Shown here piece after piece: positions 10,691 to 22,256 of a stretch of DNA of 64,000 nucleotides. The translations under genes and the position numbers were made by a program. Origin of the DNA: Candidatus Cloacimonadales bacterium (GTDB lineage: Bacteria > Cloacimonadota > Cloacimonadia > Cloacimonadales > JAFGVF01). The notes under the pieces were generated by a model. The model searched no databases. It saw only the letters and a list, made by a program, of their open reading frames with translations, and was not told where the DNA came from. Position 1 is the stretch's first letter; each line of letters starts with the position of its first letter. The stretch is taken from positions 1,120,001 to 1,184,000 of the forward strand of contig OY762964.1 in NCBI GenBank assembly GCA_963667035.1, written 5' to 3'.

Positions 10691-13534
10691 TTATTTCATT
10701 AGAACCATTTTTCCAGTAAGTTTTACTTTGTCAGCTTCAAGACGATAGAAATAAACTCCCGATGCTACTTTATCTCCATTACTGTTCTTCCCATCCCAAA
10801 TGACAGTATGTTCACCTGATGTCAGTAGATCTGAAACTAGAGTGTTTACTTTATGACCTTTTATGTCATAAATTATTAAAGAGGTCTCAGTATTGTTATT
10901 TGCAATTGAGAAGTTGATTGTAGTAGTCGGATTAAATGGATTCGGGTAGTTTCCTGAAAGCATTGTAACCTGATTAACTGCATTATCGTTATTAGCGAAA
11001 CTGTCTAGCATCTGAGTGTTCTCAAAGCCATTACAAAATGATTGAGCGGTATAGGGTAGGGGAGCATCACTAATGTAATTGAAAGAGATAATTTCTCCTG
11101 TGTTTGTTAGATTATTTGCAGGTAGATAAAGAAGTCTGTAGTTATCTACACCTTTGTAATATCCGCCTAAATGCTCAACACTAGAGAGCGGTTCAACAGT
11201 AAAAGTGTTAAAATCTATTAAAAGAGCATACATTTCAACCGGGAAAGTTTGAGTAACGAATATACTAGTTTCATCGATATCACAAACAACAGTCGGATTT
11301 TCATAGGTGATATCTAATCCGTTTTGTACCGGCAACCGGTCCAGTGTACCACAGAAATATCTGTATAGTAAGCCTGCATCTATATAGTTAATTAAATTGT
11401 TATTATCCATGTTAGCAGTATCGAAAGAAGTTATTGTCCAAGTCTCGGAATCACTAAGAACAAAATCGGCGAGTAAGTCTATATCAAAAGCAGAGATTAT
11501 TCTGTCTCCATTTAAATCACCAATAATAGGTAGTGTGGAAGTAATTTCGAAATTGTCTATCTTAATTCCATCATTTCTAAGACCTACATCAGTCTCTAGT
11601 CTGAATCTGAGGTAAAGATTATCATACCCTTGTATAACATAATCGTGATAATTCCAATAATCAGCACCATTGTAACTAGCAATAGTCTCCCAAATATTCC
11701 CGTTCTCAGAGATCTCTAGATAACCGTAGTCATAACCTTCTTCTAATTCAAAATACATATCGAAACTAACTTTTACCGGCATTCCGTTTGTCTGAATTGG
11801 TGATGAAAGACCGCAAGTGACATTTAAATTATTATTGTATTGTCCGGAAGGAGAATCAGATAGTACATTAGAGCCATTATCAGATTCAATTCCCCAGCTT
11901 CCGGTTGTTTGCCATTGAGCTAGACCTGTATCAAAATTATCGAAGAACAAAACGCTTTCGGATGGAAATACTAAACAGATATCTGAAGTATCCCATAGTG
12001 AAATAGATGTGTTTAAAGTTTGTGTACCAATACTGGCTGTTACTTGATAGTCTCCTTGTAGCAAAGTAGCTGAAAATCTACCATTCTCATCGGTTATAAC
12101 CGTGTTTGTTGTATAAAAGGCTATTTGACCGTTACTAATTAACTCTCCATTAGAGAATCTTGCAACACCATTCAAGGAAACTTCTTGTGCTTGAATAAGC
12201 TCGAAATTAATTGTTGTATACCCTGATGCAGGAACGACAACATCTTCAACAGTAACACTACGGAATCCTTCTTTTCTAGCAGTAATGGTATAAACTCCGG
12301 GAAGTAGTAATCTGTGGTAATCTCCAACTCCCGGATGAGATAAAATGGATTTATTGTTGTTTTCAATAATGATTTCTGCTTCAATTGGGTTTTGCGAATC
12401 ATCTGTAACGATACCTTTGATACCATTTTGAGCAAACTCAATATAAGAAAGCAATGATTCACGATTCTGATCCCAAATAGTTGATAACAGATTTGTGTTA
12501 GGCCATTTTTCATCATATACTTCACAAGTTATATCAAAACAATTTGAATAGGAGTAACTCCAGTCCTGAATTGATCCCTGAGTTTCATACCATGCATTTC
12601 CATTAGTTATACCGTTGTTAAATTCATTACTGTTATACATAGCAGGATAATTCTGAGAATATACTAGTGACATCTGTTGGAACAACTGATCATCATGTGT
12701 CAATGATGGAGTATAATCCCAAGGGTAATTCATAACGGTTGCTCCACCATGGAAAACAAGACTCTCCGTGAAATAATGACTCTCGCTCCAATCAAGAATC
12801 GCTTGTGTTTCAGGTTGCCAACTATTACCGTCTGGATGCATGATTCCTGAAGGAGTCGGGAAATTACGATTCAGGTCAACATTATTCTGATTGTATCTTG
12901 TATGATTGATATAACCATCCGGATTCATTAATGGATTAATCCATAACTCTGTATTATTTACTATATTAGTGATTCGTGTATTTGTTCCGTATTCACTTGT
13001 TAGTAGATTGATAAGTCTTATCATGAAGTCGAAACCAACCGTTTCATCACCATGAATAGATGAAATATACCTTACCTCTGGTTCTTCTTCGTCGATAGCA
13101 ACATTATCTGAAATCTTCATAAAAAGAATATCATTTCCATTAACTGAATCACCTATGTCTACAAGTCGACAAATGTTTGGGTAACTTGAAGCAGTATTTT
13201 GCATGAAATTTATATATTCTGAATAGCTGTAATACTCTCTCATAGGATCACGAGTGTCCTTTGTCTCTTCCCAAAGTCTGTTGGCATATTCTTTAGCTTT
13301 GTCAGTTATAAAATCAATGCTGTAACCGTTAGCATTAAGTAGTTGGATATCTTCTTCAAAGAGATACAAATAAATAGTATTTCCTATTACTTTATCTATG
13401 TCAATACCATTCTTATTCATAAATTTTATATCATTTCTTATGTTATTGCTAGTAATAGTTGCTGTTTCATATGTAGCCGCTAGCGTACTCATTAACAATA
13501 GCATTGCAGCCAGTATTATTATAATCTTCCTCAT
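10691..13534 (-). CDS. Secreted M14 zinc carboxypeptidase with accessory, dockerin-like and FlgD-Ig/T9SS-type C-terminal domains
   Basis: Signal peptide; HGDE, NPDG, DLNRNF, FHGG..NYPWD; GDLNGD dockerin-like repeat; NYPNPFNP...SGVYFYRL C-terminus. Confidence 0.9.
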   Translation of the reverse strand: MRKIIIILAAMLLLMSTLAATYETATITSNNIRNDIKFMNKNGIDIDKVIGNTIYLYLFEEDIQLLNANGYSIDFITDKAKEYANRLWEETKDTRDPMREYYSYSEYINFMQNTASSYPNICRLVDIGDSVNGNDILFMKISDNVAIDEEEPEVRYISSIHGDETVGFDFMIRLINLLTSEYGTNTRITNIVNNTELWINPLMNPDGYINHTRYNQNNVDLNRNFPTPSGIMHPDGNSWQPETQAILDWSESHYFTESLVFHGGATVMNYPWDYTPSLTHDDQLFQQMSLVYSQNYPAMYNSNEFNNGITNGNAWYETQGSIQDWSYSYSNCFDITCEVYDEKWPNTNLLSTIWDQNRESLLSYIEFAQNGIKGIVTDDSQNPIEAEIIIENNNKSILSHPGVGDYHRLLLPGVYTITARKEGFRSVTVEDVVVPASGYTTINFELIQAQEVSLNGVARFSNGELISNGQIAFYTTNTVITDENGRFSATLLQGDYQVTASIGTQTLNTSISLWDTSDICLVFPSESVLFFDNFDTGLAQWQTTGSWGIESDNGSNVLSDSPSGQYNNNLNVTCGLSSPIQTNGMPVKVSFDMYFELEEGYDYGYLEISENGNIWETIASYNGADYWNYHDYVIQGYDNLYLRFRLETDVGLRNDGIKIDNFEITSTLPIIGDLNGDRIISAFDIDLLADFVLSDSETWTITSFDTANMDNNNLINYIDAGLLYRYFCGTLDRLPVQNGLDITYENPTVVCDIDETSIFVTQTFPVEMYALLIDFNTFTVEPLSSVEHLGGYYKGVDNYRLLYLPANNLTNTGEIISFNYISDAPLPYTAQSFCNGFENTQMLDSFANNDNAVNQVTMLSGNYPNPFNPTTTINFSIANNNTETSLIIYDIKGHKVNTLVSDLLTSGEHTVIWDGKNSNGDKVASGVYFYRLEADKVKLTGKMVLMK

Positions 13535-13647
13535 AATCTCCTCTATTGGGTTCAGTTGAACAAATCAGATGTAAAATTAGGCATTATTGTCAATTATAAT
13601 CTAGTCTATGTGTTCCATAACTGTAATAATCCAAAAAGGAAGTATAA

Positions 13648-13682
13648 TGATTAAGGCACCTTGTTTCCAGGTGCCTTAATCA
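13648..13682. terminator. Hairpin downstream of the methylmalonyl-CoA mutase operon (probable terminator)
   Basis: TGATTAAGGCACCT / AGGTGCCTTAATCA 14-bp inverted repeat. Confidence 0.7.
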
Positions 13683-13706
13683 ATCAATATGTTAAGAGAA
13701 AGGATT

Positions 13707-15884
13707 CTACAATCCCAGTCTCTCATTTAACTTTTCAATAATGACTCTTGCAGCATGAGGTAAAACAGTACCGGGACCAAATATAGCCGCAGCACCGTGC
13801 TCATAAAGATAGTCATAATCTTGAGCAGGAATAACTCCACCACATATGACCATGATGTCTTCTCTACCTAATTTAGCAAGCTCATCAATCAATTGAGGAA
13901 GTAATGTTTTATGTCCTGCAGCTAATGAGCTCATACCAATAACATGCACGTCATTCTCGACAGCTTGTCTGGCAGTCTCTTCCGGAGTTTGGAAAAGAGG
14001 TCCCATATCGACATCAAATCCCATATCTGCATAAGCAGTGGCTACTACTTTTGCACCACGGTCATGTCCGTCTTGGCCCATTTTCGCAATCATGATACGA
14101 GGTCGACGTCCTTCTTTTGCTTCAAATTCATCAGCGAGTTTTCTAACACTCTCCACATCTTCTGAGTTTTTGTATTCAGATTTGTAAACATTAGAGATAA
14201 GTTTAATAGTCGCTTGATGTCTTCCAAATTTCTTTTCCATAGCGTTAGATATTTCTCCTAAAGTGGCTCTGGCTCTTGTAGCATATATTGCTAATTCCAA
14301 GAGGTTACCATCACCTGTTTCACAAGACTTAGTAATTGCATCCAAGCATTCATTAACCTTACTATTATCACGTTCAGCTTTAAGTTTATTAAGACGTTCT
14401 ATCTGAGATAATCTAACTGAAGTATTATCAACTTCCAAGATTTCAATTGGATCTTCTTGTTCTAAACGATATTTATTAACACCAACGATTGTCTCAATTC
14501 CGGAATCTATCTTTGCCTGTCTTCTCGCAGCAGCTTCTTCAATACGCATTTTTGGAAGACCGGATTCAATAGCTTTTGTCATTCCACCAAGTTCTTCAAC
14601 TTCTACAATATGATTCCAACCCTTAATGAGCAAGTCATTTGTTAAGGCTTCAATATAGTATGATCCACCCCAAGGGTCAATCACATTGCATACTCCTGTT
14701 TCATGCTGAAGGAAAAGCTGAGTATTTCTTGCTATACGAGCACTGAAATCTGTTGGTAAGGCAATAGCTTCGTCAAGTGAATTGGTATGTAACGATTGAG
14801 TATGTCCCATTGTTGCAGCTAAAGCCTCAAGAACGGTTCTTGTAATATTATTATATGGGTCTTGTTCAGTAAGAGACCAACCTGAAGTTTGAGAGTGGGT
14901 CCTAAGAGCCATAGATTTAGGATTCTTAGGATTGAATTGTTTTACTAATTTTGCCCAAAGTATGCGAGCTGCTCTTAACTTAGCCACTTCCATGAAATAG
15001 TTCATACCTTCCGCCCAGAAGAAAGATAGACGTGGGGCAAAAGCATCAATATCAATTCCGGCATCAATACCGGTTTTGATATATTGTAGACCATCAGCTA
15101 TTGTATAAGCCATTTCAAGGTCTGCAGTAGCTCCTGCTTCCTGCATGTGATATCCTGAAATACTAATACTATTAAACTTAGGCATATTCTTTGAAGTAAA
15201 CTCAAAGATGTCGGCTATAATTCTCATAGATTCTGTTGGTGGATAGATGTATGTATTACGCACCATGTACTCTTTCAAAATATCATTTTGAATAGTACCT
15301 GAAAGTTGTTCCCATTTAACACCTTGCTCTTCAGCAGCTACTATGTAGAAAGCCATTACAGGAATAACAGCTCCATTCATGGTCATGGAAACTGACATCT
15401 TGTCTAATGGGATGCCATCAAACAAAATTTTCATATCAAGTATTGAATCAATTGCTACACCGGCTTTACCAACATCTCCGACTACTCTTTCATGATCTGA
15501 ATCATAACCTCTATGTGTTGCAAGATCAAAGGCAACTGAAAGACCTTTCTGACCCATAGCAAGGTTTCTACGATAAAAAGCATTACTCTCTTCGGCAGTA
15601 GAGAAACCTGCATACTGACGAATTGTCCAAGGTCTTGTTACATACATTGAACCGTATGGTCCTCTGAGATAAGGTGGAATTCCTGACATAAATCCTAAAT
15701 GCTCCATATCAATAAGATCATCTTGCGTGTATACAGGTTTTACATCAATCTTCTCATTAGTTTTCCACACTAATTGTTCTATACTTTTACCGGATTCTTT
15801 TTGTACTTTTGTAACCCAGTCAGTGTATTTCTCTTTACTTTCTTTAAGTTTAATATCTATTTTTGTGAAATCAGGATTGCTCAT
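13707..15884 (-). CDS. scpA: Methylmalonyl-CoA mutase, catalytic (B12-binding) subunit
   Basis: [30 protein letters not shown] and the DGHDRG cobalamin-binding motif. Confidence 0.97.
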   Translation of the reverse strand: MSNPDFTKIDIKLKESKEKYTDWVTKVQKESGKSIEQLVWKTNEKIDVKPVYTQDDLIDMEHLGFMSGIPPYLRGPYGSMYVTRPWTIRQYAGFSTAEESNAFYRRNLAMGQKGLSVAFDLATHRGYDSDHERVVGDVGKAGVAIDSILDMKILFDGIPLDKMSVSMTMNGAVIPVMAFYIVAAEEQGVKWEQLSGTIQNDILKEYMVRNTYIYPPTESMRIIADIFEFTSKNMPKFNSISISGYHMQEAGATADLEMAYTIADGLQYIKTGIDAGIDIDAFAPRLSFFWAEGMNYFMEVAKLRAARILWAKLVKQFNPKNPKSMALRTHSQTSGWSLTEQDPYNNITRTVLEALAATMGHTQSLHTNSLDEAIALPTDFSARIARNTQLFLQHETGVCNVIDPWGGSYYIEALTNDLLIKGWNHIVEVEELGGMTKAIESGLPKMRIEEAAARRQAKIDSGIETIVGVNKYRLEQEDPIEILEVDNTSVRLSQIERLNKLKAERDNSKVNECLDAITKSCETGDGNLLELAIYATRARATLGEISNAMEKKFGRHQATIKLISNVYKSEYKNSEDVESVRKLADEFEAKEGRRPRIMIAKMGQDGHDRGAKVVATAYADMGFDVDMGPLFQTPEETARQAVENDVHVIGMSSLAAGHKTLLPQLIDELAKLGREDIMVICGGVIPAQDYDYLYEHGAAAIFGPGTVLPHAARVIIEKLNERLGL

Positions 15885-18013
15885 TTAGCACCTCCGACTT
15901 TCTCTGCGAGTTTATTTAAAATTTCATAAGCATTAGCTTTTACATGAATGAAATCATCTACTCCAAGTTTAGTAAACTCTTCAATATGCTCTTTAGGGTA
16001 TCCGGCAAGAATAATTGAGACATCCGGATTAATCTCTTTAGCTTTAGCTACAACTCCGGGAACAAGCTCCGGGTATGTTGCATCGGTTGAACAGATTACA
16101 ATAATAGGTGATTTGTTTTCTTTATATGCTTTAGCAAAGCAGTTTTGACATTCGAAACCGTTTGTCATGATTGTGTTGAACCCTGCGACTTCGAAGAAAC
16201 CTCTTGAGAAATCAGCTCTTGCTTTATGTTGTGAAACAGGTCCCATATTAGCAAAGAAAACCTCGGGTCTCTTTTTCATGCATTCAACATTTTCTCTTAG
16301 TTGCTCGAAATGTTTAGTTGCTCTACTTTGATTGAATGAATCAATAACTATTTCTTCTTGCTCAGGATAGAGGATAGGGGCAATCTCTGACAAGATAGCT
16401 CCAGCTTCCCATAACTCACACATTTTATCTATTGAGCATGAGCATTTAGAATCAAGCTTTGTCTCTTTGACAAGTATTTCAACTTTAGAATCTCTATCAG
16501 AAAGAAAGTCCTGTATATCCAAAATTCTACCTTGAACCATACGCTTAACATCATTATCACGATTCTCTAGTTTCTCCTCATTTAAGTTAGCGTACATATT
16601 AGTTCCAACTTGCACATCCTTACGTGTATTAAGGTTCTGTCTTTTTTGGTCGGCAACTTCTTCAATAGCTTTTTGAATGGAACCATTCTTAAGAGATTGT
16701 ACTAATCCTTTTTCTTTTTCAACACTCTGGAATATCTCCCAAGCTTTTGAAGCGATTTTATCTGTTAATGATTCAATATACCAAGAACCACCTGCAGGAT
16801 CAATAAGCCATCTGAGATTTGATTCGTCTCTAAGGATTATTTGTTGGTTTCTAGCTATTCTTCTTGAAAACTCATCAGGTCTTCTGACAAGCTCATCAAA
16901 GAAACCTATATGCAAACTATCGACTCCACCAAGTACAGCACTGAATCCTTCAGTTGCAGTTCTCAAAATATTTACGTATGCATCATATACGGTTTTATTA
17001 AATCTTCCTGTTGAAGCATGAATGTAAATAGTTTTCACTTCTTCAGAAGCTCCGAATGCCTCAAGAATATTGCTCCAAATGAGGCGTGCAGCTCTAAATT
17101 TGGCAATTTCCATAAAGAAATCAGGCCCTATAAATAAGTTGAATTGAATGCTTTTAACAATTGTATCAATATCAAGACCACGATCAAGCATTGCTCTAAT
17201 ATACTCAACAGCTTTTGCAAAAGAATAGCCGAGTTCTTGGGTAGCACTACAACCACTATCCATATAAACTCTTGAATTAACAGAAATCATTCTCATATTA
17301 ACATTATTTTTAGAAGCCCACTTAATCATGTTACGCATCATATCATACAAATGTGTTAATGGAATAGCAAGTTTTCCTGATTCTTCAAGCTCAAGAATTG
17401 GATCAAAAGCTACGCTTCCTTTTAAAGACTTGATATCATCTTTAAAATAAGCTCTAAGAAGAGACAGATAAGCTGGAGCCATAACTCCTGAATCAAAATC
17501 AAGAGCTGTATTTTCAAAGTAGACGTCTTCGAATAAATTCTGAAGATCTTCCAGTTTTTCTACAGAAGTTCCCCTATAATAGTATTCTTTATTTAATTTA
17601 TCAGGATTTTTGCCTGATTTGCATTGTCTATCAAGTCTGATTCTTACTTTAGATACACCACGACCAAGATCTTCAAGTAACATTTTGTTGGCTTTACTTG
17701 GATTGTATGCTGTTTGTTCTTGAGCAATTTCCCAAGAACTGTTTAAATATCCTAAAGAATTATTGGCCCTTACTTTATCCTCTGCTCCGGGCATTTGAGA
17801 TTTGAAAGTCAAATCTTTAACATCTTCTTCCGTGTAGATTGGTTTTAGCGTAATACCTTCATAGGTTTTAGTTAGCATAGCCTTATCAAAGGGTTTACCT
17901 TTGAGAAGTTTGTTTACTTCTTCAACCCATTCTGAGTACTTCGGATTACCGAAATCTTCAAGTAGATTTAAGTCAGAAGCTTTATCAGCTTTCTTCATCT
18001 TAATTTCTGCCAT
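15881..18013 (-). CDS. mutA: Methylmalonyl-CoA mutase small (non-catalytic) subunit
   Basis: Mutase fold ([19 protein letters not shown]), lacks DxHxxG, has ICSTDATY; translationally coupled to the large subunit. Confidence 0.9.
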   Translation of the reverse strand: MAEIKMKKADKASDLNLLEDFGNPKYSEWVEEVNKLLKGKPFDKAMLTKTYEGITLKPIYTEEDVKDLTFKSQMPGAEDKVRANNSLGYLNSSWEIAQEQTAYNPSKANKMLLEDLGRGVSKVRIRLDRQCKSGKNPDKLNKEYYYRGTSVEKLEDLQNLFEDVYFENTALDFDSGVMAPAYLSLLRAYFKDDIKSLKGSVAFDPILELEESGKLAIPLTHLYDMMRNMIKWASKNNVNMRMISVNSRVYMDSGCSATQELGYSFAKAVEYIRAMLDRGLDIDTIVKSIQFNLFIGPDFFMEIAKFRAARLIWSNILEAFGASEEVKTIYIHASTGRFNKTVYDAYVNILRTATEGFSAVLGGVDSLHIGFFDELVRRPDEFSRRIARNQQIILRDESNLRWLIDPAGGSWYIESLTDKIASKAWEIFQSVEKEKGLVQSLKNGSIQKAIEEVADQKRQNLNTRKDVQVGTNMYANLNEEKLENRDNDVKRMVQGRILDIQDFLSDRDSKVEILVKETKLDSKCSCSIDKMCELWEAGAILSEIAPILYPEQEEIVIDSFNQSRATKHFEQLRENVECMKKRPEVFFANMGPVSQHKARADFSRGFFEVAGFNTIMTNGFECQNCFAKAYKENKSPIIVICSTDATYPELVPGVVAKAKEINPDVSIILAGYPKEHIEEFTKLGVDDFIHVKANAYEILNKLAEKVGGAK

Positions 18014-18323
18014 TTGTTTACTCCGTATTCAGAAATTTTTTTATTTCAACTATTTGAGTCATAGAAATATGTCAATGTCATTTTCCTTTTTAGTGGTATT
18101 TAAACTGAATATAATTTAGTTTTTCAAATGTATCCGAAAAGACTAATAAAAGTACAACGAGTTAATAAAGATTATTGATATTGATTTTTTGCTACCTCAA
18201 TGTTTGAGCTTTAAGCATGGCTATATAAGTTCTATAAAGTCAGTTACAGGGAAAACAATAATTTGTATATGTGAATTTCTAAAATCTGATTAGTTTATCT
18301 CAAAATCATTCATTGGAGGTTGT

Positions 18324-19994
18324 ATGCTGTCAGATTTAGATATAGCACAAAAAACAAGGATATTACCGATTACAGAGATTGCAAAATCTGTAGGTATTAA
18401 AGAAGATGAACTTGAATTATACGGGAAACATAAAGCCAAGCTTACTTATGAAGCTGTAAAAAGAATTAGAAAACAGGAAAGAGGTAAGTTGATTCTAGTA
18501 TCAGCAATTACTCCTACTCCTGCAGGTGAAGGTAAAACAACAACAACGATAGGGCTTTCTCAAGCTTTAAATAAAATAGGTAAAAAATCTGTTGCAGCAA
18601 TTCGAGAACCGTCATTAGGTCCTGTCTTTGGTATTAAAGGTGGTGCCGCGGGTGGTGGATACTCACAAGTTTTACCTATGGAAGACATTAATCTTCACTT
18701 TACTGGTGATATGCATGCTGTGACTTCAGCAAACAATAATCTTTCAGCATTAATCGATAATTATATATATTGGGGAAACCCAATTAACCTTGATCCTAGA
18801 ACTATTAACTGGAATAGAGTACAAGATGTTAACGATAGAATGCTAAGAAGCATGGTTGTTGGACTTGGTGGTAAGAAACAGGGATTCCCGTTAGAAGAAA
18901 ATTTCATGATTACTCCAGCTTCTGAAATAATGGCGATTTTATGCTTAGCTAATGATATTGAAGATCTCAAAGCAAGAATAGGTAACATTCTTGTTGGTTA
19001 TACTTATGATAGAAAACCGGTATATGTTAAAGAGCTTGGTTTTGAAGGAGCTATTGCCTCATTATTAAAAGATGCGATTAAACCCAATCTTGTACAAACT
19101 ACTGAGAACACTCCGGCTTTTGTTCATGGAGGTCCTTTTGCAAATATTGCCCAAGGAGCTAATAGTGTAATAGCAACAAAAATGGCTCTAGGATTATCTG
19201 ATTATGCAGTTACTGAAGCTGGATTTGGTTTTGATTTAGGAGCTGAGAAGTTCTTTGACATTGTTTGTCGGATAGGTGGTTTTTGTACAAATGCTGTTGT
19301 CCTGGTTGCAACAGTAAGAGCCCTGAAGCTTCATGGCGGTATGAAATTGAAAGAACTGACAGAACCTAATGTTGATGCAGTAATTAAAGGGCTTGAAAAT
19401 CTTGAGAAGCATCTTGAGAATATTCAAAAGTTTGGTATGAAATCTGTTGTAGCGATAAACAGGTTCAGTACCGATACTGAAGATGAACTTCAGGCAATAG
19501 CAGACTTTGTTGAAAAGAAAGGTTTTCAGTCATCAATAGTAGAATCTCATGCGAGGGGAGGAGAAGGAGCAATTGATTTAGCTAATAAAGTCGTAGACCT
19601 TATTGAAAATGACCAATGTACACTACGTCCTCTTTATCCTCTAGAAATGGATGTAAAAGATAAAATATTTAAGATTGCCTCTGAGATATATGGTGCTGAG
19701 AATGTTGATTTTACTCCAGAAGCAAAACAGGATTTGTTAATGATAAAGAAACTTGGATTAGAGGGTTTGCCGATATGTATGGCAAAGACTCAGAAATCTC
19801 TTTCCGATAATCCTAAACTGTTAGGCCGACCTAAGGATTTTCTAGTTACAGTTAGAAAGATTAATGTATCAGCCGGAGCAGGATTCCTTGTACCTATTAC
19901 AGGAGAGATAATGCTTATGCCCGGATTACCGAAAGAACCTTCAGCAAATGCTATGGATATTGATGAAAATGGTAATATAAGTAATCTATTCTAG
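18324..19994 (+). CDS. fhs: Formate--tetrahydrofolate ligase
   Basis: TPAGEGKTTT, KGGAAGGGYSQV, HGGPFANIA and GEIMLMPGL; GGAGG RBS. Confidence 0.98.
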   Translation: MLSDLDIAQKTRILPITEIAKSVGIKEDELELYGKHKAKLTYEAVKRIRKQERGKLILVSAITPTPAGEGKTTTTIGLSQALNKIGKKSVAAIREPSLGPVFGIKGGAAGGGYSQVLPMEDINLHFTGDMHAVTSANNNLSALIDNYIYWGNPINLDPRTINWNRVQDVNDRMLRSMVVGLGGKKQGFPLEENFMITPASEIMAILCLANDIEDLKARIGNILVGYTYDRKPVYVKELGFEGAIASLLKDAIKPNLVQTTENTPAFVHGGPFANIAQGANSVIATKMALGLSDYAVTEAGFGFDLGAEKFFDIVCRIGGFCTNAVVLVATVRALKLHGGMKLKELTEPNVDAVIKGLENLEKHLENIQKFGMKSVVAINRFSTDTEDELQAIADFVEKKGFQSSIVESHARGGEGAIDLANKVVDLIENDQCTLRPLYPLEMDVKDKIFKIASEIYGAENVDFTPEAKQDLLMIKKLGLEGLPICMAKTQKSLSDNPKLLGRPKDFLVTVRKINVSAGAGFLVPITGEIMLMPGLPKEPSANAMDIDENGNISNLF

Positions 19995-20009
19995 AATAAT
20001 ATTATAACA

Positions 20010-20114
20010 GGAATCATACTGAGTATGATTCCTCAGACTGTTGACAAAGCTATGAAATCTTACTCATAGCTTTGTCAATAGTCGGTAAAAGACCCTGAGT
20101 ATTCAGGGCCTTTT
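20010..20114. terminator. Three consecutive hairpins between convergent genes (bidirectional terminator region with an IS-end-like insert)
   Basis: Inverted repeats at 20010-20032, 20036-20083 (20-bp arms) and 20087-20114 (A/T-flanked). Confidence 0.7.
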
Positions 20115-20118
20115 TGTA

Positions 20119-21219
20119 CTAAACAACAACGATATTATTCTTTGGCAACAAGTCCCTAAGAATATACGTTCTATGATACTCGGCAGCAATAAAGTAATTG
20201 TATACTTCCGTATCAACAAGTACTACAGTTTCCGAATGATTCTTTAACTTCAAATCTTCTATCCATGAATATCCCATATATTTTGGAATGTTTCGTTCCG
20301 GAAAATCGAAAATACTTTTATCTCTAAAAGCTTTTTTCCAAAAGGATGCTCTTTCATCTTTTTTACCTTCTAATGATAAGACTTCTCTCAAGCTATCTTT
20401 AATATCAGCAAACTCTAAAGAGATCCTTTCATCCAGTTCATCAGGATTAAAGATTAGGTAGCTTTTATAATAGTTGTATAAACCTTCACAAGCCTCAAGA
20501 AAAGTACTGACATTATCTCTCCTATTCAGTCCGTTAGTAGCTTCACAAGGATGATCATAATTGAATGTCCATTTTAAGAAAGGTTTATCAGGATATGTAG
20601 CTACTGCTCCATGTCCCAAAGCTCCGGAGGCTTTTTCTACTGTATTAAGCCCAATAGTTCTGAAATTCTTAATCATTAAAGATGTTAACTGATTGAAAAA
20701 ACTTTTTTCTTTCTTCTTCATTCGTTTTTTGAGGTTAACATCATTTACTGAATAATCGATTGAACCTGTATCAACTTCATTTCTTCGGGAACTAACTCCT
20801 GAAAATCCGTAGTGAGCAAATGTGTCTGCATAAACGTGTGAAGTGATTCCAACAAGATATTTTTGGAAAGGCTTGTAAGGGTAGAATAGTGAGTGGTCTA
20901 GCATCTGAAGGGCTATATCACTGTCTTTTTGACACACTAGTCGCTCGGTGAATTCACTACCGATATTACCAGGCAAAAAGTGGAAAGGTACCCAAACCAT
21001 TCTTTGGTCATCACGTTTTAAATTCTCAATAGATTCTCCGTGATGAGCAGTTATGATAGGTACTATACTGCTTCCGTCTTTAAAATTGCATTTTATCGAT
21101 TTATCAACACAGTCATCAACAAATTGAGCTGAATTTGCAATTATATGTGCTGTTTTTTCTTTTATTCCCGCAGCTCTGGCAATTGTGTAGGTTCCATAAT
21201 AATGGAAATCTATCTGCAT
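20119..21219 (-). CDS. DUF6765-like protein of unknown function
   Basis: Start reassigned to the ATG at 21219 (GGAGG RBS). MQIDFHYYGTY, SAQFVDD, WVPFHFLPG, HVYADTFAH and LGHG..TYPD motifs suggest a His/Asp metal-binding helical fold. Confidence 0.7.
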   Translation of the reverse strand: MQIDFHYYGTYTIARAAGIKEKTAHIIANSAQFVDDCVDKSIKCNFKDGSSIVPIITAHHGESIENLKRDDQRMVWVPFHFLPGNIGSEFTERLVCQKDSDIALQMLDHSLFYPYKPFQKYLVGITSHVYADTFAHYGFSGVSSRRNEVDTGSIDYSVNDVNLKKRMKKKEKSFFNQLTSLMIKNFRTIGLNTVEKASGALGHGAVATYPDKPFLKWTFNYDHPCEATNGLNRRDNVSTFLEACEGLYNYYKSYLIFNPDELDERISLEFADIKDSLREVLSLEGKKDERASFWKKAFRDKSIFDFPERNIPKYMGYSWIEDLKLKNHSETVVLVDTEVYNYFIAAEYHRTYILRDLLPKNNIVVV

Positions 21220-21409
21220 TGTTCCTCCAATGAACGTTACAAATCCTGTAGGATAAACGATTCTACTATTACTGATATCTAACATAAGCCCATAGAATGA
21301 TAATCTAGGATTTAATAATCTAAATTTAAATTGATAAATTCAAAGTGTCGTAAATAGTCAAGAATTAAATATTGTAACGGCAAATCTGATTGATAAATCA
21401 CTTTAATTA

Positions 21410-21468
21410 ATTGATGTTATATGCTTAATCGCATTGTAAGGTTTACACACTTTTCTTTTTACTCCCTT
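21410..21468. repeat. ~60-bp dispersed repeat, copy 1 (second copy at 34335-34396)
   Basis: ATTGATGTTAT..ATGCTTAATCGCA....GGTTTACACACTTTTCTTTTTACTCCCTT is shared between the two sites. Confidence 0.85.
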
Positions 21469-21540
21469 ACTCCTGTATAAAACCATTTATCTATTTATGC
21501 ATTATCACACCACATTGTTTAAACGACTTAGTAAAACACA

Positions 21541-21646
21541 ATTTTCCCACTGTGATCCCACTGTGAAGGTACTGCTAACCCGGTGTCTCAGTGAGTGGAT
21601 AGTGCGTTCACAGTGGAATCACAGTGCGAACACAGTGCGTTGTTAG
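21541..21646. repeat. Dispersed palindromic element, family A, copy 2
   Basis: Boxes at 21548, 21559, 21570 and 21581, then 21589, 21600, 21611, 21622 and 21633; colinear with copy 1 at a constant offset of 18250. Confidence 0.85.
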
Positions 21647-21657
21647 AGTATGTGTAC

Positions 21658-21928
21658 TGTCCTGGATAGGTTACCCTAAAAAGGAACAGGAGAAATGATG
21701 AGTAAAGAGACAACGAAAAGGTACCAACGTAGTTATAGTGTTGTATTTAAAATGAAAGTAGTGGACGAAATTGAGAACGGATGTTTAAGTCAGGGAGAAG
21801 CTCAACGGCTTTATCACATATCTAGTATATCCACAATCCAAGGGTGGATTAAGAAGTATGGAATGAATGCAAACTCAGATACAAAGGATTAGGGCACATC
21901 TGTAACTTGTATGGATACACACAGGACA
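21658..21928 (+). mobile_element. Internally deleted IS3-family element remnant (OrfA HTH fragment at 21695-21892)
   Basis: 65-aa ORF with YSVVFKMKVVDEIENG..AQRLYHI..TIQGWIKKYG transposase HTH; ends TGTCCTG...CAGGACA. A second IS-left-end-like sequence, CGTCCTGAATAAAGTTGGCA, lies at 21995-22014. Confidence 0.7.
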
Positions 21929-22256
21929 GGGCTTTAATATGCATAAGAAGATACTTGAGCGAGATGCTACGAGAAACCGTGAGATAGTGTATATCGTCCT
22001 GAATAAAGTTGGCATATTGAGAAATGACAGAAAAAAGTATTCTTAAATTTTGAACATCATAATGCTTTTCTTCCTATAATATAGTTATTCCGAATCTATC
22101 ACTTATAATCTATTTAAATGGGGCTCTCTCTTTGAGATGTAAACAACAAGTAAAGATTATTACTAAAATCTACATTCAATTATGTAAAGAAAGTGTTTGA
22201 CAAGTATCAAAGGAATTAGGATTCTATGTAAAATCTTCCATAAAAAGGAGTGAATT

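Noticed and set aside
18014..18323. Cobalamin or THF riboswitch between mutA and fhs
   Set aside because: The region is very AT-rich with no recognisable conserved riboswitch core.
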